Part shown: piece by piece, positions 55,863 to 64,000 of the stretch
How the letters are laid out: each line of letters opens with the position of its first letter
Numbering within the stretch: position 1 is the first letter of the stretch
From: Thermoplasmatota archaeon
Lineage (GTDB): Archaea; Thermoplasmatota; JAKEGO01
Assembly: GCA_028279595.1 (NCBI GenBank)
Contig: JANQNK010000020.1
Location: 64,001 to 128,000, forward strand
Direction: 5' to 3'
Length of the DNA stretch: 64,000 nt
The notes under the pieces: generated by a model
The model's input: only the letters and a program-made list of their open reading frames with translations
Database searches by the model: none
What the model was told of the DNA's origin: nothing
Position numbers and translations under genes: made by a program

Positions 55863-56320
55863 CTGATCGTGACCTTGATCATCTTGTCGCCCTGCCTTAT
55901 GGAGTCCACGACCTCCTTGCCGGACTTGACCTTCCCGAACACCGTGTGGACGCCGTTCAGATGCGGTGTGGCGACGTGGGTGATGTAGAACTGGGACCCG
56001 TTGGAGCAGCTACCCCTCGTCTTCTTCCCGCTCACCCTGTCGTGCTGGCACGTCCCGGCGTGGGCCATTGCCAGGCTTCCCGGTTCGTGACCGAGTCCGG
56101 GAACTATCTCGCACTCGCTCTGGTACCCTGGTCCGCCGGTTCCGGTCCCCTGGGGGCACCCGGTCTGGATCATGAAGTTGTCTATGACCCTGTGGAACTT
56201 GAGCCCGTCGTAGAACCCGTCCCTTGCCAGTTTCACGAAGTTCTCGACCGTCTTCGGTGTCTTGTCGTCGAACAGGTCGAGCACGATCTCGCCCTTGTTG
56301 GTCTCTATGACTGCCTGCAT
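55859..56320 (-). CDS. Cytoplasmic cyclophilin peptidyl-prolyl isomerase
   Basis: [36 protein letters not shown]. Confidence 0.95.
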   Translation of the reverse strand: MQAVIETNKGEIVLDLFDDKTPKTVENFVKLARDGFYDGLKFHRVIDNFMIQTGCPQGTGTGGPGYQSECEIVPGLGHEPGSLAMAHAGTCQHDRVSGKKTRGSCSNGSQFYITHVATPHLNGVHTVFGKVKSGKEVVDSIRQGDKMIKVTIR

Positions 56321-57371
56321 GATGATACCTCTTATCGTAACGATATCCATCACGGTATTTAGGCATATTGTACTGATACGATCTCCTGCGTCGTTTGGGG
56401 AATCGACCATCAGGACCGAGCCTGTAGATGGACCACCTGCCTCCGAAATCGATGTAGATCCCCCTCTGATGCTTCGCGATCGAGAATCCGATTATCACAG
56501 CGCCGACGAAGGTCGAGATCAGGCTGAAGAATATCCCGTAGATCACGGAGGATCTGCTGTATTCCATATCTCCCCATCCATGATAATGTTCGTCGTATCC
56601 GACCGAGATGGCGGATACGATGAGGACAATGAACCCGAATACCAGAAGTACCCGTGGCAACCTCACCCTCATCTCGGGTCTTGGATACATGAATTGTTCC
56701 TTTATCACATATAGGAATATCAGAACGGTCAAGAAAGCGAAGGGACAGATGAAGCATCCTGCACAGGCAACTTCGGATGAACCAGCCAGTACAGCAATGG
56801 CATTCAAGACGTTCCCCAATCCGAACGTACCCAATATAAGGGAGGTCAAGAGCATTTGACCGCTGAATCGGTCGGTCCTCTTGAAGACCATCCAGCTGAT
56901 CCAGATCGTGAAACCGACAGCACTTCCGATGAATCCAAGGTACCAGATCGGAAACCCTTCCTCCATCTCTCCCTGATCCCCATTCAGAATGACGACCTGA
57001 TAATCGTACTTCGTACCTGGAGCAAGTCCATGCGGATAGGTTTCGTCACGATCGGAAATGATCTCGTAGTCAAGGTCGGCATCCTTGATGTGCAGGGGAC
57101 CGGAGAACCTCACCTTTCCATTGCAGAAGACCCACCCAGTGTTCTCACCGATGTACAGGTCTCCTTCCAAGTGTCCTTCCCAATGCACCCCCAACGTGGC
57201 GTTAGGAGGGATGGACTCCCCATCCAGGACGATCGGATTCCCGTAGTGGGAGTGGGTCGAACCATGGACTCCCGAATAGTAGGGTAGGAGGTAGACATTG
57301 ACGATCAGGAATGGAACGACCAGTAGAACGATCAGCCATTTCAGTTCCTTCGCATCGATCGGTATCCTCAT
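56010..57371 (-). CDS. Hypothetical multi-pass membrane protein (3' end uncertain; ORF overlaps the cyclophilin)
   Basis: N-terminal TM, external domain and about five TM helices; the tail after ~56400 looks like read-through. Confidence 0.55.
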   Translation of the reverse strand: MRIPIDAKELKWLIVLLVVPFLIVNVYLLPYYSGVHGSTHSHYGNPIVLDGESIPPNATLGVHWEGHLEGDLYIGENTGWVFCNGKVRFSGPLHIKDADLDYEIISDRDETYPHGLAPGTKYDYQVVILNGDQGEMEEGFPIWYLGFIGSAVGFTIWISWMVFKRTDRFSGQMLLTSLILGTFGLGNVLNAIAVLAGSSEVACAGCFICPFAFLTVLIFLYVIKEQFMYPRPEMRVRLPRVLLVFGFIVLIVSAISVGYDEHYHGWGDMEYSRSSVIYGIFFSLISTFVGAVIIGFSIAKHQRGIYIDFGGRWSIYRLGPDGRFPKRRRRSYQYNMPKYRDGYRYDKRYHHAGSHRDQQGRDRARPVRRQDTEDGRELRETGKGRVLRRAQVPQGHRQLHDPDRVPPGDRNRRTRVPERVRDSSRTRSRTGKPGNGPRRDVPARQGEREEDEG

Positions 57372-57474
57372 GGTCCCGGTCTGTCCATTCCTGTACCAGT
57401 ATAAAACCAAATCGCTTTGACCGAAATCCTATTATATGGGAGTAAGTATGTATAAGTATAATAAGGTTGACAAA

Positions 57475-57918
57475 ATGACACGACGAGGATCCCGGACCGA
57501 AAGGCAGTTCTCGCATTGGCATGCGCTCCGCAACGGCTCCACCCAGGCGGAGGTGGCCCGGCTTAACGGCGTCACCAGGCAGGCCGTCAACAAGGGTGTG
57601 AAGCTCCATGAGCGCGACGTTGTTCTTCGCCTGCTGGATACCGCGCGTTCGATCGGGGTCCTCGTCGAGTGGTACGACCAGAAGCGCGGAGCCCTTATCG
57701 GGATCTCGCCACAACTCGGCAATCTGTCATGTATCATGCTGATCGATGACGAGAATGAGGTCCGGGTCTTCTACGATCCGAAGAGCGCACGAGACAGAGA
57801 GGTGAGGCGTCGGACGATCAAGGAGATGACCGAGGTAGTGCGGGACGCGTTCGGACTGAGGTTGTCAACGAAGTTGAAGTTCAGGGAGGTATTGGATGAG
57901 ATCATCGAGAAGGGATAG
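57475..57918 (+). CDS. HTH DNA-binding protein
   Basis: TQAEVARLNGVTRQAVNK helix-turn-helix; TATA-like elements directly upstream. Confidence 0.8.
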   Translation: MTRRGSRTERQFSHWHALRNGSTQAEVARLNGVTRQAVNKGVKLHERDVVLRLLDTARSIGVLVEWYDQKRGALIGISPQLGNLSCIMLIDDENEVRVFYDPKSARDREVRRRTIKEMTEVVRDAFGLRLSTKLKFREVLDEIIEKG

Positions 57919-58654
57919 GTCCGCGACGCCGGCGGAGGAGAAGCGGTCAAGTACGAGGTTCACGTGGTTAAGGTGGGTTGCCCTACTGGTCGGAGTGGCT
58001 GTCATGCTATCAGCCGTAGCGATCGTGCTCTCCCTCGAGTTGGAAGCTGGAACGACCGTCGCCATCATCGTCGCAGTGAACGTGATCGTCACCGTTGTGA
58101 TCCTGTTCATCCAGGTATCGCCATTGCTATATGCCAAAAGAGCGCCTGCGATACCCGACGGCGGAGTGGATGGGCTTCCCAGGCCAGATCTGGAAATCCC
58201 GTACGAGGAGACGATACCGTTGACCATACTACTCATGTTCTACATACCGATGCTGGTCATCTATTCCTTCAGCATGATAAGGGTCGGATTGACCGAGCCC
58301 GGTTCCCTGTGGATATACAGCTCGATATTCTCCTTCCTGCTACTCATCGTCGTTCTCTTCGGGGTTCTCCATGTGCGGTGCGATCCCGAGGAGATGGCGT
58401 TCGGATTCGGTCCGTTCCGCAAGAGATTGAAGCTCGGCGAGGTGGTATCCATCAGGCCGGTCGCCATCGACCCTCTCAAGGAGTACATGGGATGGGGGCC
58501 TAAGATCGGATCGGACGGCTCCAAGGGTTACATCGCTTCCGGCAAGGTGGGCGTAAGGATCGAGACCCAGAAGAGGGACTACGTCATCACCGTTCCTGAA
58601 CCACAGGCGCTGGTCGCTTACGTGAGGACAGCCCGAGATGCTGGGAAGGCCTGA
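57896..58654 (+). CDS. Membrane protein with C-terminal bacterial PH-like domain
   Basis: Four TM helices; FGFGPF, EY.GWG, GV.I...DY.I...P..L. Confidence 0.65.
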   Translation: MRSSRRDRSATPAEEKRSSTRFTWLRWVALLVGVAVMLSAVAIVLSLELEAGTTVAIIVAVNVIVTVVILFIQVSPLLYAKRAPAIPDGGVDGLPRPDLEIPYEETIPLTILLMFYIPMLVIYSFSMIRVGLTEPGSLWIYSSIFSFLLLIVVLFGVLHVRCDPEEMAFGFGPFRKRLKLGEVVSIRPVAIDPLKEYMGWGPKIGSDGSKGYIASGKVGVRIETQKRDYVITVPEPQALVAYVRTARDAGKA

Positions 58655-58660
58655 ACGGTA

Positions 58661-59161
58661 TCAGGTCCGGACCTGCATCGGCTCTGCTTCAAGGGACTTC
58701 TCTATCTGGGGAGCGACCTCGGCCCAGATCTGTTCCGCGAGGACCCAGTCGGCCATCTCCTCGGTCCATGACTGCGTCAGTCCGTAGATCTCGGTACGGT
58801 CCATGTGCTCCATATACGGCAGGACGAACACCTCAAGGACGACACCGCCCTCGACGGGCCAGAGGTAGAATTCCAGTCCTACTCGCTGCTCGTCCGTTTT
58901 GAGGTCCTGCATGGGCGGGAATTGGATGTGGAACAATCGCGTCAATCGCTCGATCGGGTCCCACCTCGCACCGTCCATCCTGATCTCGGTAATGGTCTTG
59001 TTGACGGCGATGATGAGGGTTCCCACGCCCTCGTTCTTGTCATCGAACTTCACGATCGGGTATCCCAGGTCCTTGATGAACCCGCGGACCCTACGACCCT
59101 CGTCCGAGACCTTGCGTCCAGCCAGCATGTACCTTCCGAAGGGGTAGGCTATCCTTCTCAT
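58661..59161 (-). CDS. Hypothetical protein
   Basis: 166-aa ORF filling the gap, host-like codons, upstream CTTAAG/TATA-like elements. Confidence 0.6.
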   Translation of the reverse strand: MRRIAYPFGRYMLAGRKVSDEGRRVRGFIKDLGYPIVKFDDKNEGVGTLIIAVNKTITEIRMDGARWDPIERLTRLFHIQFPPMQDLKTDEQRVGLEFYLWPVEGGVVLEVFVLPYMEHMDRTEIYGLTQSWTEEMADWVLAEQIWAEVAPQIEKSLEAEPMQVRT

Positions 59162-59255
59162 GGGCGCGGATTGACCCTGCGATACTTAAGTGATTCCGAT
59201 ACCACCCAAACCTTAAGTATCCAGAATCGCCTGGCCGTTAGCAGGAGAAGTTAGC

Positions 59256-59585
59256 TTGGCACGACGTAGACGGGGAACCCAGATGGGCCGTGGACCGAAC
59301 CGGAGCACACGTCCGGGCGCGCAGAAGCACAGCAAGAGGCAGCCGATGCTGAACGTCGCCTATCAGGACGTCTTCAGGTACGAACTCAGGCGCATCTTCG
59401 CCGAGGCCGGCGTCGAGCCAGATGATTATGCATCCCTCGTTGCCCAGATAATCGCCAAGGCGTCCCGCATCTCCATCGAGGAGGCCAATGTCTTCCTCGA
59501 GACACTCGTCGAACGTGAGGAGATAACCACGGAAACAGCAGCGGCCATCTCGAAGCTGCTCGACAGGAACACGAGATACCGCTGA
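59256..59585 (+). CDS. Hypothetical protein with basic N-terminal tail and helical body
   Basis: AGGAG RBS before TTG; MARRRRG... Confidence 0.7.
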   Translation: MARRRRGTQMGRGPNRSTRPGAQKHSKRQPMLNVAYQDVFRYELRRIFAEAGVEPDDYASLVAQIIAKASRISIEEANVFLETLVEREEITTETAAAISKLLDRNTRYR

Positions 59586-60383
59586 TCAGAAGGTCAGTTT
59601 GCTCCAGACATCAATGGTTCCGGTCAGATGCAGCGCTGTAAGTATTATGGGCTGATGGACCAGATAGATCGGCAGGGAATTCCGGCCAAGAAAGGTCAGA
59701 GGACGTACGGATACATTACCTCCTAGGTCGGGTACCTCGATCAACCGTTCGTGGCCTCCGAAGGCGATGTCCCCGATAAAGATCCCGATCAGCACGACCC
59801 CGAACCACGGCAGGAAGGGGTAGTAGTCGACGGTGACGAACCCATCGGGAACCCAGCCGGTCCACAGGAGCCAGTACGGTCCCCCGCCCAGGGTCCTGAG
59901 GTGCAGACCCGCAGCGACCAGGACCATTCCGACCGTCACGTTCCACCGCCCAAATCTGGTGAACGGTATTGCGATCACGATCGACAGGCCGATGAGATGA
60001 AGTATGCCGAAGACGACGGATCCAGTCTCCATGAGGGACCAGGTGACCGCCGTGATGACCATCCCGAGACAGAATATAAACGCACCTCTCGTTGCAGCTC
60101 CGGTCGCGAATCCCTTGAACGGGTCACCGCGAACGGATGATCTAGACCGGGCAAGCGACAGCGAGACGCCCACCAGCAGGATGAAGAGGAAGGCGCTCGA
60201 GCGTCCTATTAGAGGCCAGATCCCATCGCTCACCGAGAAGTCGCCATCACCGAAATAGTAGATGTCGAAGGCGATGTGGAACACCATCATCAGTACCAGA
60301 GCGACCCCTCTAAGCAGATCGATCTCCCAGAAACGGTCAGATGGACCTCGCCGGACGCCGAGCATTCGTTCGAGGATCCTCAC
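59586..60383 (-). CDS. DUF1624 / heparan-alpha-glucosaminide N-acetyltransferase-like membrane protein
   Basis: EID.LRG.A...M..FH, FGILH.IG, DY.P..PW, LGRNSL.IYL.HQP. Confidence 0.88.
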   Translation of the reverse strand: MRILERMLGVRRGPSDRFWEIDLLRGVALVLMMVFHIAFDIYYFGDGDFSVSDGIWPLIGRSSAFLFILLVGVSLSLARSRSSVRGDPFKGFATGAATRGAFIFCLGMVITAVTWSLMETGSVVFGILHLIGLSIVIAIPFTRFGRWNVTVGMVLVAAGLHLRTLGGGPYWLLWTGWVPDGFVTVDYYPFLPWFGVVLIGIFIGDIAFGGHERLIEVPDLGGNVSVRPLTFLGRNSLPIYLVHQPIILTALHLTGTIDVWSKLTF

Positions 60384-60392
60384 GGTCCCACC

Positions 60393-61307
60393 TCAGACGT
60401 CCAGCTTCGTCTGCCGGACGTTCGGCTCGCACACTTCCCTGTAGTTGCACCGGCCGCAGGTCATCTCGGTCTCGACCTTCGTGAACCTCTCCACCGGAAC
60501 CGGTACGTTGCCCTCGACGTCCTCGCACATGGCCTCGATGGCGTCCATGTCCTCGATGATCCTGTTGTGAAGCTCAAGGCCGTCGACGAGCTCACCGGTG
60601 ATGGTGACCGCATCCTCGTTCGGGTGGGCGAGGTACTCCACCGTACCTTCCATGTTCTCCAATGGGATCCCGTAGACGACGTTCGTGAAGTACATGTAGC
60701 TCTGGACCTGGAGGATGTCGGTCTCCCTGTCGGGTCGCCCGGTCTTCCAGTCGACCACGTGCCAGGTGCCGTCCATGGCCTTGAAGACAAGGTCGGGTTT
60801 TGCGTAAGCCTTCCTTCCCTCGAACCTGAACTCGCCGTAACCCGGCGGATCAATGGCCCACTCGCCGCGTGCGCTCAGCGGAACGTCGTTGAGCAGGGCC
60901 GGCCATCGGGATGAATAGAACGCACTGATACCGGTCCTCACCTTTCGGACCGCCTTGTCGATCCGCTCGTCGGAGATCGGCCTTCCGTAGCGGTCCTCGA
61001 ACATGGGGATGTTCGCCAGGAGCACCCTGAACTTGTTCTCGGCTATGTCCAGGACCTCCTTCTCGTCGAGGAAGCGTCCTGTGAGCGAGAGGTCCTTGAT
61101 GACCTCGGCTATGGTGTTATGCACTGCATTGCCGACCTCGATGTTCACGGTGGACAGCGAGCGCAGCTCCTGGACCTTCATCTTCTCGTGTCCGGAGAGC
61201 GCCCTGGGCGCATAGTATTGGTACCAGTACTGCCTGAGACAGTTCCTGAATGTCCTCATGCGGGAGAACGACCACCCGGGAGCCCAGGTGAAGGGGTACT
61301 CGATCAT
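60393..61307 (-). CDS. PD-(D/E)XK nuclease, Cas4/AddB-like, with four Fe-S Cys
   Basis: WSFSR...F..C.R.Y, G.AVH, KPDL, VVDWKTG, Q...Y, CGRCNYREVC. Confidence 0.88.
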   Translation of the reverse strand: MIEYPFTWAPGWSFSRMRTFRNCLRQYWYQYYAPRALSGHEKMKVQELRSLSTVNIEVGNAVHNTIAEVIKDLSLTGRFLDEKEVLDIAENKFRVLLANIPMFEDRYGRPISDERIDKAVRKVRTGISAFYSSRWPALLNDVPLSARGEWAIDPPGYGEFRFEGRKAYAKPDLVFKAMDGTWHVVDWKTGRPDRETDILQVQSYMYFTNVVYGIPLENMEGTVEYLAHPNEDAVTITGELVDGLELHNRIIEDMDAIEAMCEDVEGNVPVPVERFTKVETEMTCGRCNYREVCEPNVRQTKLDV

Positions 61308-61317
61308 GTCCGTCCGA

Positions 61318-61905
61318 TCACCCCGGGAACGAATCTATCTCGCTCAATTCCTTGATGTACTCGTGACCGGGTCCCCGTAGCTCGTCGAAGTGCGATCTGG
61401 AGATGGAATAGACGGCCAGTTTCTTGTTGTAGCTCTTCTTGATGCCCTCGAGACGCATCCCGTTCTTCTCGAGTACCCTCTGCGAGGCGACGTGCTGCGG
61501 ATCTGTGAGTCCTATTATCCTCTCCAGCCCGAGGTCCTCGAACCCGTACCTGATGCACTCGGCCGCCGCCTCCGTCGCATAGCCATGGCCCCAGTGCTCG
61601 ACGGCCAGATGATAGTTGATCTCGATCTCCGGTCCGACGCCGTCCAGGAGGAAGAGTCCGCAGTCCCCGAGCATCTTCCCGGTGAACTTGTCGGTGACGG
61701 CCCATATCGAGTAGCCGTGGGCCTCCTGGTGCCGGAGGACGTTCTCCAGGACCTCCTTCGTGACATCGATGTTGGGGGATGGCCCGGCCGGTATGAACCT
61801 CATCACCGCCGGGTCGCCGATGATCTCGTGGAGCTCCTCAACGTCCTTCATGGTGAACGGTCTTATCCGGAGCCTTTCCGTTTCGAGGTCCAATGTCGTA
61901 TCCAT
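61318..61905 (-). CDS. GNAT acetyltransferase (RimJ/RimL type)
   Basis: LETERL, WGHGYATEAA, ASQRVLEK.G. Confidence 0.92.
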   Translation of the reverse strand: MDTTLDLETERLRIRPFTMKDVEELHEIIGDPAVMRFIPAGPSPNIDVTKEVLENVLRHQEAHGYSIWAVTDKFTGKMLGDCGLFLLDGVGPEIEINYHLAVEHWGHGYATEAAAECIRYGFEDLGLERIIGLTDPQHVASQRVLEKNGMRLEGIKKSYNKKLAVYSISRSHFDELRGPGHEYIKELSEIDSFPG

Positions 61906-61947
61906 GGCTACCCTTCGAGGCGGTATCCACGGTTCCGCATAATAGTT

Positions 61948-62571
61948 TTACTGTCGAGGCTGGACCGGCTCCACGACACCACTGGCCATGTCGTACAGTG
62001 CTCCGACGACAGTGACCTCCTCGTTCTGGACCCTGGGTGGGATTATCGGACCCGAACCGGTGATCCTCTCGACCATCCTTCTAACGTTCTCGACGATCGC
62101 GTCAGCGTAGACGTTCTCCGAGCCGATAACAGCCGCAACCGACGGGGCAATAGCATGGACCACGGTTCCCGTGTTGCCTGGATGGACACCGCCCTCGAGG
62201 GCGGCCCCGACGGCTCCGCACGAGGTGTGGCCAAGCACCATTATCAACCTGGTCCCGAGGCGGTCGATTGCGAACTCGATGCTTCCTATGACGACGTCGT
62301 CGGCGACGTTGCCGGCCGTCTTTATCACGAAAAGGTCTCCGATCCCCGCGTCGAAGATCAGCTCGGGAACGACCCTGGAATCCGAGCATGTCAGGACCAC
62401 CGCGAAGGGGTTCTGGTCCGTTGCTACCTCGTCGCGCCTCTCGGTCGTCCGGTTCGGTCCCTCCGGGCTTCCGCTGGCGTATCTTGAATTTCCCGCCATC
62501 AGGCGTTCAAGGGCCTCGGTTCCGTCCATGGGACCCCCCAGTGCTGGGGCCGTTATATCCCTTTCGGTCAT
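61948..62571 (-). CDS. Beta-class carbonic anhydrase
   Basis: L..GN.RY, CSDSRV, FV...AGN, GHTSCGAV. Confidence 0.95.
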   Translation of the reverse strand: MTERDITAPALGGPMDGTEALERLMAGNSRYASGSPEGPNRTTERRDEVATDQNPFAVVLTCSDSRVVPELIFDAGIGDLFVIKTAGNVADDVVIGSIEFAIDRLGTRLIMVLGHTSCGAVGAALEGGVHPGNTGTVVHAIAPSVAAVIGSENVYADAIVENVRRMVERITGSGPIIPPRVQNEEVTVVGALYDMASGVVEPVQPRQ

Positions 62572-62972
62572 TCGGGCAGTGTCCCTTCCTGCTCCTTGAG
62601 GATCGATTTGATCTTCGCGTAGCAGTTGTCGAGGGCCGACTCGGCACGACGGACCAGCTCGACCTCTGGTACCGCGCTGTAGACGTTTGAATAACCCCGG
62701 GGCTCACCGCCCCTGCGCTCCTTGTAGGCCAGACCGCACGACACGAGCTTCTCCAGCGCCCTATATGTGGTCGATCTGTCCCTGTCGACGAGGTCCGCCA
62801 CCTCGGCCGCCATCATCGGGTCCGTCCCCTGGATGGACTGGAGGACCGAGGCCTCAGTACCGTTCAGGTTGAACATGCACTTCATCAGGTCGTAGCATGT
62901 GAAGGAACCGTCCTCGACCTTGCCCGACATCGTGGGGAACCCGGTGAGCATTTCCTCAGGTGTCCTTTCCAT
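62568..62972 (-). CDS. TrmB-like winged-HTH transcriptional regulator
   Basis: C.DL.KC.F.L...E, EVA..V.RDRSTTYRAL.KL...G. Confidence 0.85.
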   Translation of the reverse strand: MERTPEEMLTGFPTMSGKVEDGSFTCYDLMKCMFNLNGTEASVLQSIQGTDPMMAAEVADLVDRDRSTTYRALEKLVSCGLAYKERRGGEPRGYSNVYSAVPEVELVRRAESALDNCYAKIKSILKEQEGTLPE

Positions 62973-62982
62973 TCGTATCACC

Positions 62983-63411
62983 TCACACGAAGAGGTTGAC
63001 GTGGGCTCCGGCTGCCGCATCTAGATACGTGCCGACGCCGCCGATCTCCTTCGCCTCGGGGATGAGCTGGTCCTTCGAGACGTTCATCAACCCCATGGTC
63101 ATCTCGCAGGCGATCATGCGGACGCCGAGGTCTGCCGCGTCGGAGATGAGCTCATCGAGCGGTGCCACGTTGTTCTTCCTCATCAGTTTCCTGATCATCG
63201 CCGTTCCGAGACCGCCCATGTGCATCCGCGAGAGCTTGGCCTTCCTCGCTCCGTCCTTCTTGATGAGGTTGAGGCCCCAGAACGTGAAGAACATGGTCAC
63301 CTTCGTCCCTTTCGCAGCCGCGCCCGTTCCAATTATGAAAGCGGCCATCGCCTTGTCCAGGTCGCCGCTGTGGACGACCATCGTCATCGAATCCGCTGCC
63401 GGCATGTTCAT
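62983..63411 (-). CDS. DsrE2-like (DrsE_2) sulfur-carrier/peroxiredoxin family protein
   Basis: SGDLDKA, V.MFFTFWGL, IACEMTM, GV..YL, NLFV. Confidence 0.9.
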   Translation of the reverse strand: MNMPAADSMTMVVHSGDLDKAMAAFIIGTGAAAKGTKVTMFFTFWGLNLIKKDGARKAKLSRMHMGGLGTAMIRKLMRKNNVAPLDELISDAADLGVRMIACEMTMGLMNVSKDQLIPEAKEIGGVGTYLDAAAGAHVNLFV

Positions 63412-63644
63412 CCCTTCCTTATGGTGATGACCCACTTGGGTCCTGTCTCCTCTATCGAGACGACCTCATCCCCGGTGTCCTCGATGGCCTGGGGGATCTC
63501 GTCCTTCGAGAGCCTGTGGTCGCCTTCCACGACGAGCACCTGGCCCGTCTCCATCTTCCTGAGGGCCTTCCTCGTCTCTATGAGCGGTTTCGGGCAGTTC
63601 ATGCCCATCGTCGTTATCCTCGTTTCATCTGCCAAAGTCATCAT
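63408..63644 (-). CDS. tusA: Sulfur carrier TusA family
   Basis: GMNCPKP, I.IRK C-terminus. Confidence 0.9.
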   Translation of the reverse strand: MMTLADETRITTMGMNCPKPLIETRKALRKMETGQVLVVEGDHRLSKDEIPQAIEDTGDEVVSIEETGPKWVITIRKG

Positions 63645-63647
63645 CTC

Positions 63648-64000
63648 CTAGAACGTCATACTGACATCGTGCTCCATTATCAATGAGGAGACCTCCTGGG
63701 CGTCTATCACCTCGGCCTCCTCGACCAGTTCGTCCTCTTCTATCCCTCGTTCCGCGAGGGACTCCTTCACCACGAGCAGTCGACCCCCGAGGTCGAAGGT
63801 GTTCTGGACCTCCTCGAGGTTGTTCGGAAGTCCTATCCTCGTCGTGTCCTGTGCTGCCACTGCCATGGCGACCCCGTCGTCGGCCAGGACGAGTGTCACG
63901 TCCATCCCCTTGGCGAGGGCGGCGTTGGTCATCAGCATGGCTCCGTAGCCATCGTCGTCACGGCCGTAGGTCCCGTGAACGCAGTATACAAGTACGGATC
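63648..64000 (-). CDS. DsrE/DsrF-family protein (partial, start beyond the window)
   Basis: Frame stays open to the edge (SVLVYCVHGTYGRDD...); L.DDGV, ESL.ERGI; lacks the DsrE-type Cys, so DsrF-like. Confidence 0.75.
   Translation of the reverse strand, partial: SVLVYCVHGTYGRDDDGYGAMLMTNAALAKGMDVTLVLADDGVAMAVAAQDTTRIGLPNNLEEVQNTFDLGGRLLVVKESLAERGIEEDELVEEAEVIDAQEVSSLIMEHDVSMTF

Noticed and set aside
61948-62571. Calling the beta-CA a COS/CS2 hydrolase
   Set aside because: The CSDSRV motif and N-terminal GN.RY helix fit ordinary beta-CAs rather than the compact clade known for COS/CS2 hydrolysis.

Overview
GC-rich archaeal chromosome segment. The 16S rRNA sequence and its stand-alone (23S-unlinked) arrangement, together with pelota, PriS and PAC2, point to an uncultured Thermoplasmata/Thermoplasmatota lineage. 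It is mostly housekeeping and metabolic DNA: a complete bacterial-type apbE-rnfCDGEAB operon, eukaryote-like carAB, five peptidases plus a peptide transporter, extracytoplasmic folding proteins, surface proteins and a dsrF-tusA-dsrE2 sulfur-relay cluster. I found no tRNA, CRISPR array, transposase or integrase. The most unexplained signal is a dispersed intergenic ~42-nt element, GACGCGCTCG-N20-CAACGCGTCTCA. It has four full copies plus one half copy at three loci, and its variable 20-nt core always refolds into a hairpin through compensatory changes. Other candidates: a putative leaderless 39-codon uORF coupled to carA, a 33-aa micro-gene with a tandem-duplicated upstream motif, a Cys/His finger fused to RnfE, and several unusual domain fusions. 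All protein calls rest on motifs recognised by eye; no database searches were run.
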